This document shows, piece by piece, positions 29,520 through 42,278 of a DNA stretch of 64,000 nt. Positions within the stretch are counted from its first letter, which is position 1, and every line of letters begins with the position of its first letter. The notes beneath the pieces are model-generated. The model worked only from the letters and a program-made list of their open reading frames with translations. It was not told where the DNA came from and ran no database searches. Position numbers and translations under genes: made by a program. Source of the stretch: Paraspadella gotoi (taxonomy: Eukaryota; Animalia; Chaetognatha); contig CM119269.1 of NCBI GenBank assembly GCA_051294375.1, positions 9,125,619-9,189,618 of the forward strand. Reading direction: 5' to 3'.

Positions 29520-31510
29520 TTGCCCATGCTGCTGCCATGCCCTCCCTCCATCCAACCCTTAAATTCATCTAGACTATCGCATAGCCTCCGTCGCATGCAA
29601 ACCGCCTTAATTCAATCTCTCCATCGCGCTTGCGCCGCTCGCATACCAGGACCTAGACTTAATTCATCTGCTCCATCGCCATCCCATGCACATCACCTTG
29701 AATTCATCTCGTCCCGAGATACCGTCGCCGATCAATCCGAACCGGGTACGTTATCCATCTCTCCATCGCCGTCCCTGACCTATCGCCATGTGTGGCGAGC
29801 ACGACGAAAGGAGCGAGCGACGACGGAGACATGCCGCCTGCAGACGAAATCGAAAATGACGGAAGAGGAGACGCCTCACTCGTGGAGAAGCTTCAGAAGC
29901 AAAAAAAGGTAGGCGACTTGAAACTGGAGGCTCCTGGGACGGATCCCATGCGTGTGCACGCCTCCGTATTCCTCTGTCGGCCCTTTGCGGGCCTGCGAAA
30001 AGGGGCCGTGTCTGCCTGTCTGTGCTCCGGTCGCGGTGGCAGCTCCTGCGCCCTCCTTCGCGGGGCTCTTTCCCGTCCGAGTGTCGTTGCGAGCGTCCCG
30101 AGTTCATGCTAGCTGCAAGCTGTGATTGAGAGAAAAGGAAGGCCGTCAGGCACTGTCTTGCTCATGTTGCGGTCGGGCCGAGCGGTAGGCGCCGGAAGTG
30201 CCGCGCCGCGGCGTTCGTCCCGGGCCGCCCGCGGCGCTCCTGACAACCGCGTCCTCCCATGGCGAGCAGCATGGGGCTTCAGGGGGCCTCCTTGGCGCGC
30301 TGCCGAAGATCTAAGAATCCGCGAGGAGGGCTGGGAAGCGGCGGCGGGTTCGGTAGCAGCGCCGCAGACGCTGAGCCTCTGAGTCTGGCTCCACCAAAAA
30401 GATCGAAAGGGTCGTACTTTCTCCAGGCGGATCTTCCATTCCCCAAGCATCCTTGTTCCCCAATTCGGGAAAACGATCCCCTCGGGACTCAATCTTGGGG
30501 GGCGGAATGTCAAACCGCGAAACGACCCCTGTGCGGACCCACGTCCTCCTTCCGGCTCACCCTCGTCGCCCCTTCATGGTACAGCGCCCATCACCAGCCT
30601 CTTCAACTCGGCGTTCCCCGGCGGTCTTTCCCGCGCCGCGCTTCCAATGTTCCCTCCCATGGCCGCGCTCGCCCCAATTTCCCCCTTCCCATGATGGGCC
30701 TGCGGTCCTCTCGCAGTGGGGCTCGCCCGGAAGCACTCCGGGTCCTCAGGCCCTCTTCTGGCTCCAGTGGTGGGACACGAGTGGATCCTTTCGAAGAAAC
30801 AGTTCAGAACGAGGTAGGTAAAACCAAAATCACTTTCTCCTTTTTTCTTCTCTTTTTTCTTCTCTCTCTTTTCCGTCGTTTTTGATTTCTCACTTGCGTG
30901 GCGGCGGAACGCGGGCGGCTGTCGCCATGTGTTTTTGTGTAAAGAGTTTAACCGTTGGCCTTTTGGGCTGTTTGGGAATTGTCGTGTCGCAAAATCGTTG
31001 AGTTGAATAAAGTAGTAAAAACACAAGGACATGTATCTTTTTGGCCGGTATTTATCTCTCTTCCTTCTTCGTCATCTGTCTGCTGTCTCCTCGTCTCCCT
31101 TCTCTCGTCTCTCTCTCTCGTACTCGTCTCTCTCTGCGCTCTCTCTCTCCTCTCTTCTCTCTCTCTCTCTCCTCTCTATCCTCATAAAAGTGACAAAGCA
31201 GAGAATCAAAATTGCAATTCTGTATTCCCGTGTAAACCGCCTCAAATGAAGTCGAGTTGACATCGTTTTTTTCTTCATTTTTTCCGCATTGTTTTAAAAA
31301 AAAAAAGAGATTTCATTTTTTTTTTTATTTTTTTTTTTTTTCTCGTTATCGGCTTTCTTCTCAATTTTTCTGTCACTTCTGTACTTCCTTTTAATCACTG
31401 TCCTCTCGTTCTTTTTATTAATCTCCCTTCGTCGCGACTCACATTCTCGTTTTCTCTCGGTCCCGCCTCCTCTCTTCTAACCCCCCTTCTCTCTGGGTTG
31501 GCTGTCTTTT
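29520..31510 (+). pseudogene. dri: Inverted, insertion-rich copy of dri exon 3 (~29790-30813) plus flanking intron
   Basis: Readable anchors: AAAATGACGGAAGAGGAG, GTGGAGAAGCTTCAGAAGC, GCCCATCACCAGCCTCTTCAACTCGGCGTTCC, GGACACGAGTGGA...TTCGAAGAAACAGTTC...AG|GTAGG. Flanks match the reverse complement of ~35580-37430. Confidence 0.8.
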
Positions 31511-33329
31511 ATAACTCCACATTTAAAACACTTTTTACTCCTCTGACGGTCTGCGTCAACTCTCCTCGTTCTGTCGCTCGGTGCGTGTTCTCTCTCTCTC
31601 GGGGTCGGCCGTCGTCTTGCTCCTCCGCTCCAGTCTTCTTGCCGGCTCCTCTCCATCTCTCCAGTGCTGCTTCTCTCCTTTGTCATTGCTCTGCATGACT
31701 CTCGTTCCGCCTACTCCTGTTCTAGCCGCGGCCTCTTCTAAAGCTGTCTCTCGCTTCTCGTCCTTGCTCGCTCCGTCTCGCCGGCGTCCTCCGTCGTGCT
31801 CTGCCCCTTCAGTAGTTCCGCTGCTCAGCCTCCGTCGCATCATGTCTCCTGTCTCAGCTCGCGCCGTTCGATCGTGTCGGCTCGTGCTGTTCATCAGACT
31901 TGTGCCTCCCGATCCTCCCTCGTTCAGGCTGNNNNNNNNNNNNNNNNNNNNNNNNNTCTCTCTCTCTCTCTCTCTCTCTCTCTGATCTACATTATTTGTC
32001 CTCACGGTAAAGTTTGTTCATTCCTCTCTTCTTTTATTCATTACTTAGTTTTAATATAATCCAATTCATCAGATTCATTCATTTAAAGCGACATTCACCC
32101 GATATCAATTCGATTCATCCCATCGCATTTAATCTAATTCATCGCATTCATCCGGACTCCGCCTCTGAATTACGCGTCGATGAATTCGCCGCCGGCGAAT
32201 CTTTGGCCCGAATTAAGGGGCTGAAAACGGAGGCGGGGCGAAGAGGGAGAGAGAGGGAGAGAGAGGGAGAGGGTGGGAGAGAGATGGGGAGAATCACGTG
32301 AGGGATTGAGTGAGGGGGTGAAGATGAAATCTCGTGAAGAGACGGCGTCGTCTGACGAGAAGGGCCGGCTCTCTCTCTCTCTCTCTTGGCAGGAGGTTCT
32401 CGTAGAGATGACGTGATTCGCGACGACGAAGAGAGAGACCGGCGTCAAAATATGGCGGAANNNNNNNNNNNNNNNNNNNNNNNNNNNNNNNNNNNNNNNN
32501 NNNNNNNNNNNNNNNNNNNNNNNNNNNNNNNNNNNNNNNNNNNNNNNNNNNNNNNNNNNNNNNNNNNNNNNNNNNNNNNTCTCTCTCTCTCCATTATTAA
32601 AAAACAAAATCTCATCATGAAAGTTGTTCCATCTCGACGGAAAGAATCTGGACGAGCGATGACGAGTGGTCGGCGGGAAGGGAGGAAAGAAAAGAGAAAA
32701 TAGGTGTTGAAAAGGAGGAAGCAAAAGGGGAAGAAGAAAATACAGAGGAGGAAAGTTACCGGAAAAAGATGGTAGGGAAAGAAATAAAAGAAAAGAAAGG
32801 AGAAAAGAGAAGAGGAAGAGAGAGAAGAGAGGAAAGAGAAGAAGAGAGGAGAAAGGAGGAGAGAAGAAAAGATAGAGGGAAGAAAATATCGAGGAAAGAA
32901 GGAAAGAAGAAGGGAGGAAATGAACGAGGAAAGGAGGAACGAGGAAAAGATGAAAGGAGGAAAAGAACGAGGAAAGGAGGTAATAGGAAAGGTTGAAGGG
33001 AGAAAGGAAAAGAGACGCGAGGGCCGGCGACGAATAAACCGCGAATGAGGAAATCCCCAGTCGATTATAAAATGGCTCCGCGATACGACTAATCATCCGA
33101 GCGAGATAGAGAGCGAGACAGAGTGGTGTAGAGGGATGAGAGAGTGACAGGGAGAGAGCCAAACATCGTCGCAGAAACTAAGTAGTTGGTTGGAAAATAA
33201 AAGGATACAAAGAAAATGGAGAAGTAAGAGGAGGAAAGGAAAGAAAAAAAGAAAAAATGAAGGAAAAAAGAGAAAAGAGAAGAAGGAAAACAGTGAAACT
33301 GGAGCCTTGATCCCCAAGTGCAAAACACA

Positions 33330-33375
<46 letters not shown>

Positions 33376-34320
33376 GTCTCTGTCTCGCGATTGGTCGACT
33401 CTCGCTCACGTGACTCGATACTGGTGATTCGCTCTCGAGATTCTTCCTTGATATTCACCAGCGCGACGCCGCGCGCGACCACGGCGTCCGGGCGACGACG
33501 ACGACAAAGACGACGATGACGACGACGACACGGACGACGACGACGACGTGAGATCCGTTTCCATCGCAGATTCCGATTCGGATGGAAAAACGAATCAAAA
33601 AAGGAAAAAAAAGGGGAAAAGGAGAGGAGGAAGAAGAAGAGGAGAATATTTTCAAAAGGGAGGAGGAAGAGGAAGAGGAAGAAGGAATGGAATAACGCGT
33701 AAAAGAGAGAGACGAGGCCCTGAACGAGCGTCGCTGATGTGCATCGACGGGGCCGCGTTGAAAACCAACGCGTTTCTCTCTTTTTTTATATCTTTTTATT
33801 TCTCTCTCTTTCTCTCGCGCGCGCGAAATATAGAGAGAAAAAAAAAGTTTTTGATCAAAAAAGAAAAAAAAAATTGGGATGGCGGCGAATTTGTTTGATT
33901 TCCCGGGCGAAAAAAAGTTTTCGATGCGGGGAAAAAGAGAAAGTTTTATTCTTTCGGGTGCGAAAAGGATATAAAAGTGGAAGTGAATTTAATGAGCTTA
34001 TGAATAGTTAGTTAATAAATATAATTATTTAACTTTTTTATTTTTTTTCTTTAATAAAAAATTACAAACTTCCGTAGAAAATGTAGACGTGAAATTCCGT
34101 AAAAGCAAAACGAACATGAAATAAATCATTTAAGAAATTAAAGCAAATTAAATAATACACTCAGCGGAGACGCCCAACGATATTTAGAGGACAATATAGA
34201 GGCAAGATGAAAAAAAGGTAAAAAAAAGGAATAAAGAAAAGGAAAAGGAAAATGTGCAGTGAAAATTCCGAAGATAATCGGAAAACACGAGTCGTGGACA
34301 TGGAAACCTCATAGATGTCG

Positions 34321-34354
<34 letters not shown>

Positions 34355-35072
34355 AAGCAGTAAATTCTCTTAGAAGACGAAAGCGGCTTTTCAAAAAAAG
34401 AAAATAAAATATTACGAAACGAAAGAAAGAAAAAGTTTCTTTCTTTACCTTTCATTTTGACTTTTTTTTTTCTTTTCCCTAATTCCTTATCTTTTCTTTC
34501 TTTACCTTTCGTTTTTACTTTTCTTTTCTTTTTCTTAATTCTTTATCTTTTCTTTCTTTACCTTTCATTTTTACTTTTCTTTTCTTTTTCTTAATTCCTT
34601 ATCTTTTCTTTCTTTACCTTTCATTATGACTATTTTTCTTTTCCTTAATTCCTTTTTTCGTTCCTTTCTTCTTTTTTTACTTTCCTTTTCTTTCATTTTT
34701 ACTTTCCTTTCCTTCACTTTACATTTTTCTTTCTTCGCTAATTATTTCGATGATTCTTCGCGACTCGAGAGAAAGACGACGACGACGACGACGAAAATTT
34801 TTTACGTAAACTGAAACAAATTAGGACGGTAAACGTCGTGCGCTGTAGGCAGCCTTTTCAGCCGCCGCCGTCGTCTTCGTCGTCATCTTCGTCGCCTCGC
34901 TCTCCATCATCCTCTTCGTCAACTTAAACTTCGTCTTTGTCATCATTAACGCCTTTTTTTTCCGCGTACCTGCCGCGACGTCGTTGTTGTTGTCGTCGTC
35001 CTCAAAAAACGAGTCAAACCGCAAATTAAGATTTCGTCAGCGTCGCGAAAGAAACATGATGGTTGTTTCGAC

Positions 35073-35073
<1 letters not shown>

Positions 35074-35163
<90 letters not shown>
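35074..35163. repeat. (CAT)n microsatellite (duplicate at ~39470-39560)
   Basis: Perfect trinucleotide run. Confidence 0.95.
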
Positions 35164-35164
<1 letters not shown>

Positions 35165-35511
35165 GCGCATTGCCGAACCTCGTTGACAGTCGTATCGTTG
35201 CTTTCTATTCCCAAACCACAGATGAGACAATGGGAATCCGCCACTTGGAACCTCGTAATCTCGCTCATTATCGCCGTCATCGTCCGTCCGTCCCTACGAC
35301 CGTACGTCGCCCCCCTCTCCTCTCTCTCTCTCTCTCTCTTCTCTTCTCCAACTGATGGGTATTCATGGCCATTCGCAGAAAAAGTTTAGTGCCCGTTTCG
35401 AAAATCATGATACTGCTCTCAGGAGGAAACTTAATTAATTTGCTTGCTAATTTCAATTAACGCGAACAATTATCGAGCGGGGAACCGCCTCTCGTCCCCT
35501 CTAAACGGGAT

Positions 35512-35563
<52 letters not shown>

Positions 35564-35814
35564 AGAGGAGAGAGAGAGTAAAAGAGCAACCAGGAGAGAG
35601 AGAGAGAGAGGGAGAATGTGTCGCCGAAGATTAAAAGTGGAATTAACAGAAGGACAGAAATTAGAGGAAAGCCGATAACGAAAAAAAAAAATAAAAATCT
35701 CTTTTTTTTTTAAAAATGCGGAAAAAATGAGGAAAAGATGTCAACTACTCATTTGGGGTTTAACGGGAAAGAATGCAATTTGTTTCTGCTTTGTCATTTT
35801 TTGAGAGAGAGAGA

Positions 35815-35901
<87 letters not shown>

Positions 35902-36118
35902 AAGAGAGAGATTAAATACGGCCAAAGATAATGTCTTGTGTTTTTTACTACTTTATTCAACCACGATTTTGGACGACAATTCCAAACAGCCCAAAAGGCA
36001 CGGTTAACTCTTTACAAAAACATGGCGAGGCCGCGTCGGCACGAAATGAGAAATCAAAACCGGAGAAAAAGAGAGAAAAAAAGAGAAGAAAAAAGGAGAA
36101 GTGATTTTTGTTTCCTAC

Positions 36119-36948
36119 CTGTTTGAAACTGTTTCTTTCGAAGGTCCACTCGTGTCCACCCTGGCCAGAAGAGGCCGAGGACCCGGGTGCTCCGGGCGAG
36201 GCCCCCTGCAGAGGACCCAGGCCCATCATGGAAGGGGAATGGGGCGAGCCGCGGGGGAACATGGAGGGCGGGGGGAAAGCCGCCGGTGGAACGCCGAGTT
36301 GAAGAGGCTGGTGATGGGCGGCTTGTCCATGAAAGGGCGGGGGTGAGCCGGAAGGGGACGGGGTCCGCAAGGGTCGTTTGCGGTTGAAATCCGCCCCCAA
36401 GTTGAGTCCCCGAGGGGGAATCGTTTTCCGAATTGGGGGAAAGGATGCTGGGGAATGGAAGTTCCGCTGGAAAAGTCGCCCTTTCGATCTTTGGTGGAGA
36501 GACTCAGAGGCTCCGTCTGCGGCGCTGCTCCGCCGCCGCGCTTCCCAGCCCTCTCGGGATTCTTAGATCTTCGGCAGCGGCGCCAAGGAGGCCCCCTAAG
36601 CCCCATCTGCTGCGCCAGGGAGACGGTGTGTCAGAGCGCCGGGGCGGCCGGACGAACGCCGCGGCGGCTGCGGCGGCGACGAGCAGCTGCTGCGTCTTTC
36701 CTCACGCTGCAGCTGATACTCGAGCTCGAGGTCGGGAGAGGCCGCGAGGAGGCGAGGGCTGCCCCGCGACGGAGAACGGCCCGGCTTGTCGAGGCCCGGG
36801 GCCGAGGGCGTGCCCGATGGGTCGTCCAGAGCCTCGTCAAGTCGCTCCTTTTTGCTTCTGAAGCTTCTCCACGATGAGGCGTTCCTCTTCCGTCATTTCG
36901 ATTCGTCGGCGGATGTTCCGTCGTCGTCGTCTTCGTCGGGCTCGCCCT
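36119..36948 (-). pseudogene. dri: Second copy of dri exon 3, frameshifted by scattered 1-nt indels (probable assembly duplicate)
   Basis: Near-identical to 40536-41355. The ORF track shows fragments such as FNRKRPLRTPSPSGSPPP and GGHEWTFE in shifting frames. Confidence 0.8.
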
Positions 36949-37435
36949 CTGGATGAGGGAGGGATGGAGAGATGGATTTAGGGTTGGATGAGGGAGGACG
37001 GAGAGATGAATTAAGGGTTGATGGAGGGAGGGATGGAGAGATGGATTAAGGGTTGGATGGAGGGAAGGGATGGAGAGATGAATTAGGTGGATGGAGGGAG
37101 GGATGGAGATGGATTAAGGTTAGGAGGGAGGGATGGAGAGATGAATTAAAGGGTTATGGAGAGGGATGGAGAGATTGGGGATGGAGGGAGGGATGGAGAG
37201 ATGAATGTTATGGAGGGTGGATGGAGGGAGGGATGGAGAGATGAAATTAAGGGATAGGGGAGGGATGGAGATGGATTAAATGTTGGATGGAAGGGAGGGA
37301 TTTGGAGAGAGGATTTAAGGTTGGATTGAGGGAGGGATGGAGAGGGATGGATGAGGATGTGAGAGAGATGGTTGGATGAGAGGTAGGAGATTGGATGAGT
37401 GATGAGTTGATCAAAGATGGATTAAGGGTTGGATA
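36949..37435. repeat. ~35 bp minisatellite abutting the dri exon-3 acceptor (long version; short version at 41356-41475, inverted version at ~29530-29780)
   Basis: Unit GGTTGGATGGAGGGAGGGATGGAGAGATG(A/G)ATTAAG. Confidence 0.9.
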
Positions 37436-37614
37436 GAGCAAGAAAATGATGGATGGATTGATAAAAGATCAATGAAATGATTGAAAGAATGAATGAGGAA
37501 TGAGTGAATGAACGAGTGCATTAAATAATATAATAAATAAATTAAATAAAATAAAAATAAATAATAAATAAATAAATAATAATAAATAAATAAATAAATT
37601 AAATAAATAAATAA

Positions 37615-37645
<31 letters not shown>

Positions 37646-37817
37646 ATATATAAATAAAAATTTAAAAAATAAAAAATTAAAAAAATCAAAGAAATCAAAA
37701 AATAAAAAAATCAATAAATGAATGAATATGAATGAATGAATGAATGAAATGAATGAAATGAATGAATGAATGAATGAATGAGTACCCGAATCTTCCACTA
37801 TCCGCCACTTTTCTCAC

Positions 37818-37948
37818 CTGGAATGACTGTTTGGCGACGCCGGCGAACCCTGGCGTTCTCCCTCGCTTCATCGGTGTCGTCAGGGTGGGCGCCCATTGCG
37901 GACGCGCCCGCCGAGTTCCATGTTGTCGGCGCCGGCGTCGGAGTTCGT
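37818..37948 (-). pseudogene. dri: Second copy of dri exon 2 with small indels (probable assembly duplicate)
   Basis: Near-identical to 41850-41980 including both splice sites; differs by 1-2 nt indels. Confidence 0.75.
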
Positions 37949-38219
37949 CTGCAATGAAATCGATGGAATTAAAAGTTTCGATGGAAAAATCATCAAAAAC
38001 ATCGTGTAATGACCAATGACCAAAGACCATCTGGAATCAATGGAGAATGATAAAAAAATTTTCAAAATTTAAATATTTGCATTTTGAATAAAAAAAAATC
38101 GATGTGAACGCCACGGTGTTGAGAGAATCTAAAAACTGCGCGGGGGAACGATGTGACCCGAAATTGTGAAGTTCACTCACAACGGGAAACGAATTTGTGA
38201 ATCTGTGATTCGTAGATAA

Positions 38220-38250
<31 letters not shown>

Positions 38251-38629
38251 ATCCATCCAGTTTTTGTTTCCTCTTATTTTAATTTTCGACTCTTTGTCTC
38301 TCTCTCTCTGTGTCTCTCTCTCTTAAAACGTCAATTAAATCAAAATTTGTTTAACTAAGAGCGAAATTGGGGGGAAAACTTAAACCATTATTTCGTCGTC
38401 GTCGTCGTCGTCATCGTTCGATATCTTCTTCGTTATCATCGCAGCCGCTTTCACATTTGAAAGAAGGAAAAAAATTATGTCGCTAGGATTTTTTTTAATT
38501 TTTTAGTTTTGTTCGTTTAATTCTAAATCTTTTTTTTTTCAAATTCGAATACTAACAAAGAGAAAATGCCCTCTGGTTGTGTATGTATAATAAATCAACG
38601 AGGCGGAATGCGGTTGAAGCAAAGTTCAC

Positions 38630-38664
<35 letters not shown>

Positions 38665-39480
38665 CTCTCTTCTCTCTTCTCCTCTCTCTCTCTCTTGTAA
38701 TAACGTCTCAATTATATATGCCCACTTTTCTGATATTTTTTTTTCTTTTGGTCGCCAATTAAAAACTCAACCTGTTCCGACCCAAACTTAACTTTTTTTT
38801 TTTTTTTCTTTCCGGGAGGATTTTTTTTTTAAATTTTATTTCCTATATGTTCTTCCTCTCTCTCNNNNNNNNNNNNNNNNNNNNNNNNNCATTTTTTACT
38901 TTCCTTTTCTTTTTCTTAATTCTTTATCTTTCTTTCTTTACCTTTCATTTTTACTTTTCTTTTCTTTTTTCTTAATTCCTTATCTTTTTCTTTCTTTACT
39001 TTCATTATGACTATTTTCCTTTTCCTTAATTCCTTTTTTCGTTCCTTTCTTCTTTTTTTACTTTCCCTTTTCTTTCTTTTTACTTTCCTTTCCTTCACTT
39101 TACATTTTTCTTTCTTCGCTAAATTATTTCGATGATTCTTCGCGACTCGAGAGGAAAGACGACGCGACGACGACGCAAAATTTTTTACGTAAACTGAACA
39201 AATTAGGACGGTAAACGTCGTGCGCTGTAGGCAGCCTTTTCAGCCGCCGCCGGTCGTCTTCGGTCGTCATCTTCGTCGCCTGCCTCTCCATCATCCTCTT
39301 CGTCAACTTAAACTTCGTCTTTGTCATCATTAACGCCTTTTTTTTCCGCGTACCTGCCGCGACGTCGTCGTTGTTGTTGTTGTCGTCGTCCCTCAAAAAA
39401 CGAGTCAAACCGCAAATTAAGATTTCGTCAGCGTCGCGAAAGAAACATGATGGTTGTTTTTCGACTCATCCATCATCATG

Positions 39481-39534
<54 letters not shown>

Positions 39535-39916
39535 AATCATCATCATCATCATCATCATCATCTGCGCATTGCCGAAACCTCGTTGACAGTCGTTATCGTT
39601 TGCTTTCTATTCCAAAACCACAGATGAGACAATGGGAATTCCGCCACTTGAACTCGTAATCTCGCTCATTATCGCCGTCATCGTCCGTCCGTCCCTACCG
39701 TACGTCGCCCCCCTCTCCCTCTCTCTCTCTCTCTCTCTCTTTCTTCTCTCTCACTGATGGGGATTCATGGCCATTCGCAGAAAAAGTTTAGTGCCCGTTT
39801 CGAAAATCATGATACTGCTCTCAGGAGGAAACTTAATTAATTTTGCTAATTTCATTAACGCGAACAATTATCGAGCGGGGAACCGCGCCTCTCGTCCCCT
39901 CTAAACGGGATGTCAG

Positions 39917-39947
<31 letters not shown>

Positions 39948-39952
39948 GAGAG

Positions 39953-39984
<32 letters not shown>

Positions 39985-40258
39985 GAGAGAGAGTAAAAAG
40001 AGCAACCAGGAGAGAGAGAGAGAGGGAGAATGTGTCGCCGAAGATTAAAAGTGGAATTAACAGAAGGACAGAAATTAGAGGAAAGCCGATAACGAAAAAA
40101 AAAAATAAAAATCTTTTTTTTTTAAAAATGCGGAAAAAATGAGGAAAGATGTCAACTACTCATTTGGGGTTTAACGGGAAAGAATGCAATTTGTTTCTGC
40201 TTTGTGTCATTTTGAAAGAGAGAAGAGAGAGGGAGAGAGAGAGAGAGAGAGAGAGAGA

Positions 40259-40308
<50 letters not shown>

Positions 40309-40535
40309 AGAGAGAGAAAGAGAGAGATAAATACGGCCAAAGATAATGTCTTGTGTTTTTTACTACTTTTATTCAACCACGATTTTGGACGACAATTCCT
40401 AAACAGCCCAAAAGGCACGGTTAACTCTTTACAAAAACATGGCGAGGCCGCGTCGGCACGAAATGAGAAATCAAAACCGAGAAAAAAGAGGAGAAAAAAA
40501 GAGAAGAAAAAAGGAGAAGTGATTTTGTTTCCTAC

Positions 40536-41355
40536 CTGTTTGAACTGTTCTTCGAAGGTCCACTCGTGTCCACCCTGGCCAGAAGAGGCCGAGGACCCGG
40601 GTGCTCCGGGCGAGGCCCCCTGCAGAGGACCCAGGCCCATCATGGGAGGGGAATGGGGCGAGCCGCGGGGGAACATGGAGGGCGGGGGAAAGCCGCCGGG
40701 GAACGCCGAGTTGAAGAGGCTGGTGATGGGCGGCTGACCCATGAAGGGCGGGGGTGAGCCGGAAGGGGACGGGGTCCGCAAGGGTCGTTTGCGGTTGAAT
40801 CCGCCCCCCAAGTTGAGTCCCGAGGGGGAATCGTTTTCCGAATTGGGGGAAACGGATGCTGGGGAATGGAGTCCGCTGGAAAAGTCGCCCTTTCGATCTT
40901 TGGTGGAGAGACTCAGAGGCTCCGTCTGCGGCGCTGCTCCGCCGCCGCCGCTTCCCAGCCCTCTCGGGATTCTTAGATCTTCGGCAGCGGCGCCAAGGAG
41001 GCCCCCTAGCCCCATCTGCTGCGCCAGGGAGACGGGTGTCAGAGCGCCGGGGCGGCCGGACGACGCCGCGGCGGCTGCGGCGGCGACGAGCAGCTGCTGC
41101 GTCTTTCTCTCACGCTGCAGCTGATACTCGAGCTCGAGGTCGGAGAGGCCGCGAGGAGGGCGAGGGCTGCCCCGCGACGGAGAACGGCCCGGCTTGTCGA
41201 GGCCCGGGGCCGAGGGCGTGCCCGATGGGTCGTCCAGAGCCTCGTCAAGTCGCTCCTTTTGCTTCTGAAGCTTCTCCACGATGAGGCGTTCCTCTTCCGT
41301 CATTTTCGATTCGTCGGCGGATGTTCCGTCGTCGTCGTCTTCGTCGGGCTCGCCT
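40536..41355 (-). CDS. dri: dead ringer/ARID3 coding exon 3, N-terminal region up to the extended ARID start (...GGHEWTFEEQFKQ)
   Basis: 820-nt open exon, acceptor ccatccag|AGG, donor AAACAG|gtagga at phase 0. The C-terminal WTFEEQFKQ matches the W(T/S)(F/Y)EEQFKQ motif preceding the ARID in Drosophila Dri and vertebrate ARID3 proteins. Confidence 0.9.
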
Positions 41356-41569
41356 CTGGATGGAGGGAGGGATGGAGAGATGAATTAAGGGTTGGATTGA
41401 GGGAGGGATGGAGGGATGGATAGAGTGAGGGATGGATGGATGGATAGATGCAAAGATGGATTAAGGGTTGGATAGAGGCAAGAATGGATGGATGGATTGA
41501 TAAAAGATCAATGAAATGATTGAAAGAATGAATGAGGAATGAGTGAATGAACGAGTGCATTAAATAATA

Positions 41570-41598
41570 TAATAAATAAATTAAATAAATATAAAAAA

Positions 41599-41677
<79 letters not shown>

Positions 41678-41812
41678 ATATATATATAAATAAAAATTTA
41701 AAAAAATTAAAAAAATTTAAAAAAATCAAAGAAATCAAAAAATAAAAAAATCAATAAATGAATGAATGAATGAATGAATGAATGAATGAATGAATGAATG
41801 AATGAATGAATG
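41570..41812. repeat. Compound (AAAT)n / (GAAT)n microsatellite filling dri intron 2
   Basis: Seen directly; also present in the duplicate at ~37525-37780. Confidence 0.9.
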
Positions 41813-41849
41813 AGTACCCGAATCTTCCACTATCCGCCACTTTTCTCAC

Positions 41850-41980
41850 CTGGAATGACTGTTTGGCGACGCCGGCGAACCCTGGCGTTCTCCTCTCGCT
41901 TCATCGGTGTCGTCAGGGTGGCGCCCATTGCGGACGGCGCCGCCGAGTTCCATGTTGTCGGCGCCGGCGTCGGAGTTCGT
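41850..41980 (-). CDS. dri: dead ringer/ARID3 coding exon 2 (TNSDAGADNMELGGAVRNGRHPDDTDEARGERQGSPASPNSHS-R)
   Basis: Acceptor ttcattgcag|ACG, donor CCAG|gtgaga, 131 nt (phase 0 to 2). Joins in frame to the next exon (AG+A = Arg, then GEPDEDDDDG). GC-rich island within an AT-rich intron. Confidence 0.8.
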
Positions 41981-42247
41981 CTGCAATGAAATCGATGGAA
42001 TTAAAAGTTTCGATGGAAAAATCATCAAAAAACATCGTGTAATGACCAATGACCAATGACCATCTGGAATCAATGGAGAATGATAAAAAAATTTTCAAAA
42101 TTTAAATATTTGCATTTTGAATAAAAAAAATCGATGTGAACGCCACGGTGTGAGAGAATCTAAAAACTCGCGGGGAACGATGTGACCCGAAATTGTGAAG
42201 TTCACTCACAACGGAAACGAATTTGTGAATCTGTGATTCGTAGATAA

Positions 42248-42278
<31 letters not shown>

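Noticed and set aside
32170-33162. 330-aa Phe/Leu/Ser-rich membrane-like ORF (also 59308-59904, 2918-3379 and similar)
   Set aside because: Translation of polypyrimidine low-complexity tracts, partly through N gaps.
34946-35389. Poly-His, poly-Asp, poly-Met and poly-Ile ORFs
   Set aside because: Different frames of one (CAT)n microsatellite; no splice or homology support.
40152-40535. C-terminal part of the 383-aa ORF (VGNKITSPFFF...SLSLSL)
   Set aside because: Read-through into the intron past the FKQ|GT donor; composed of microsatellite translation.
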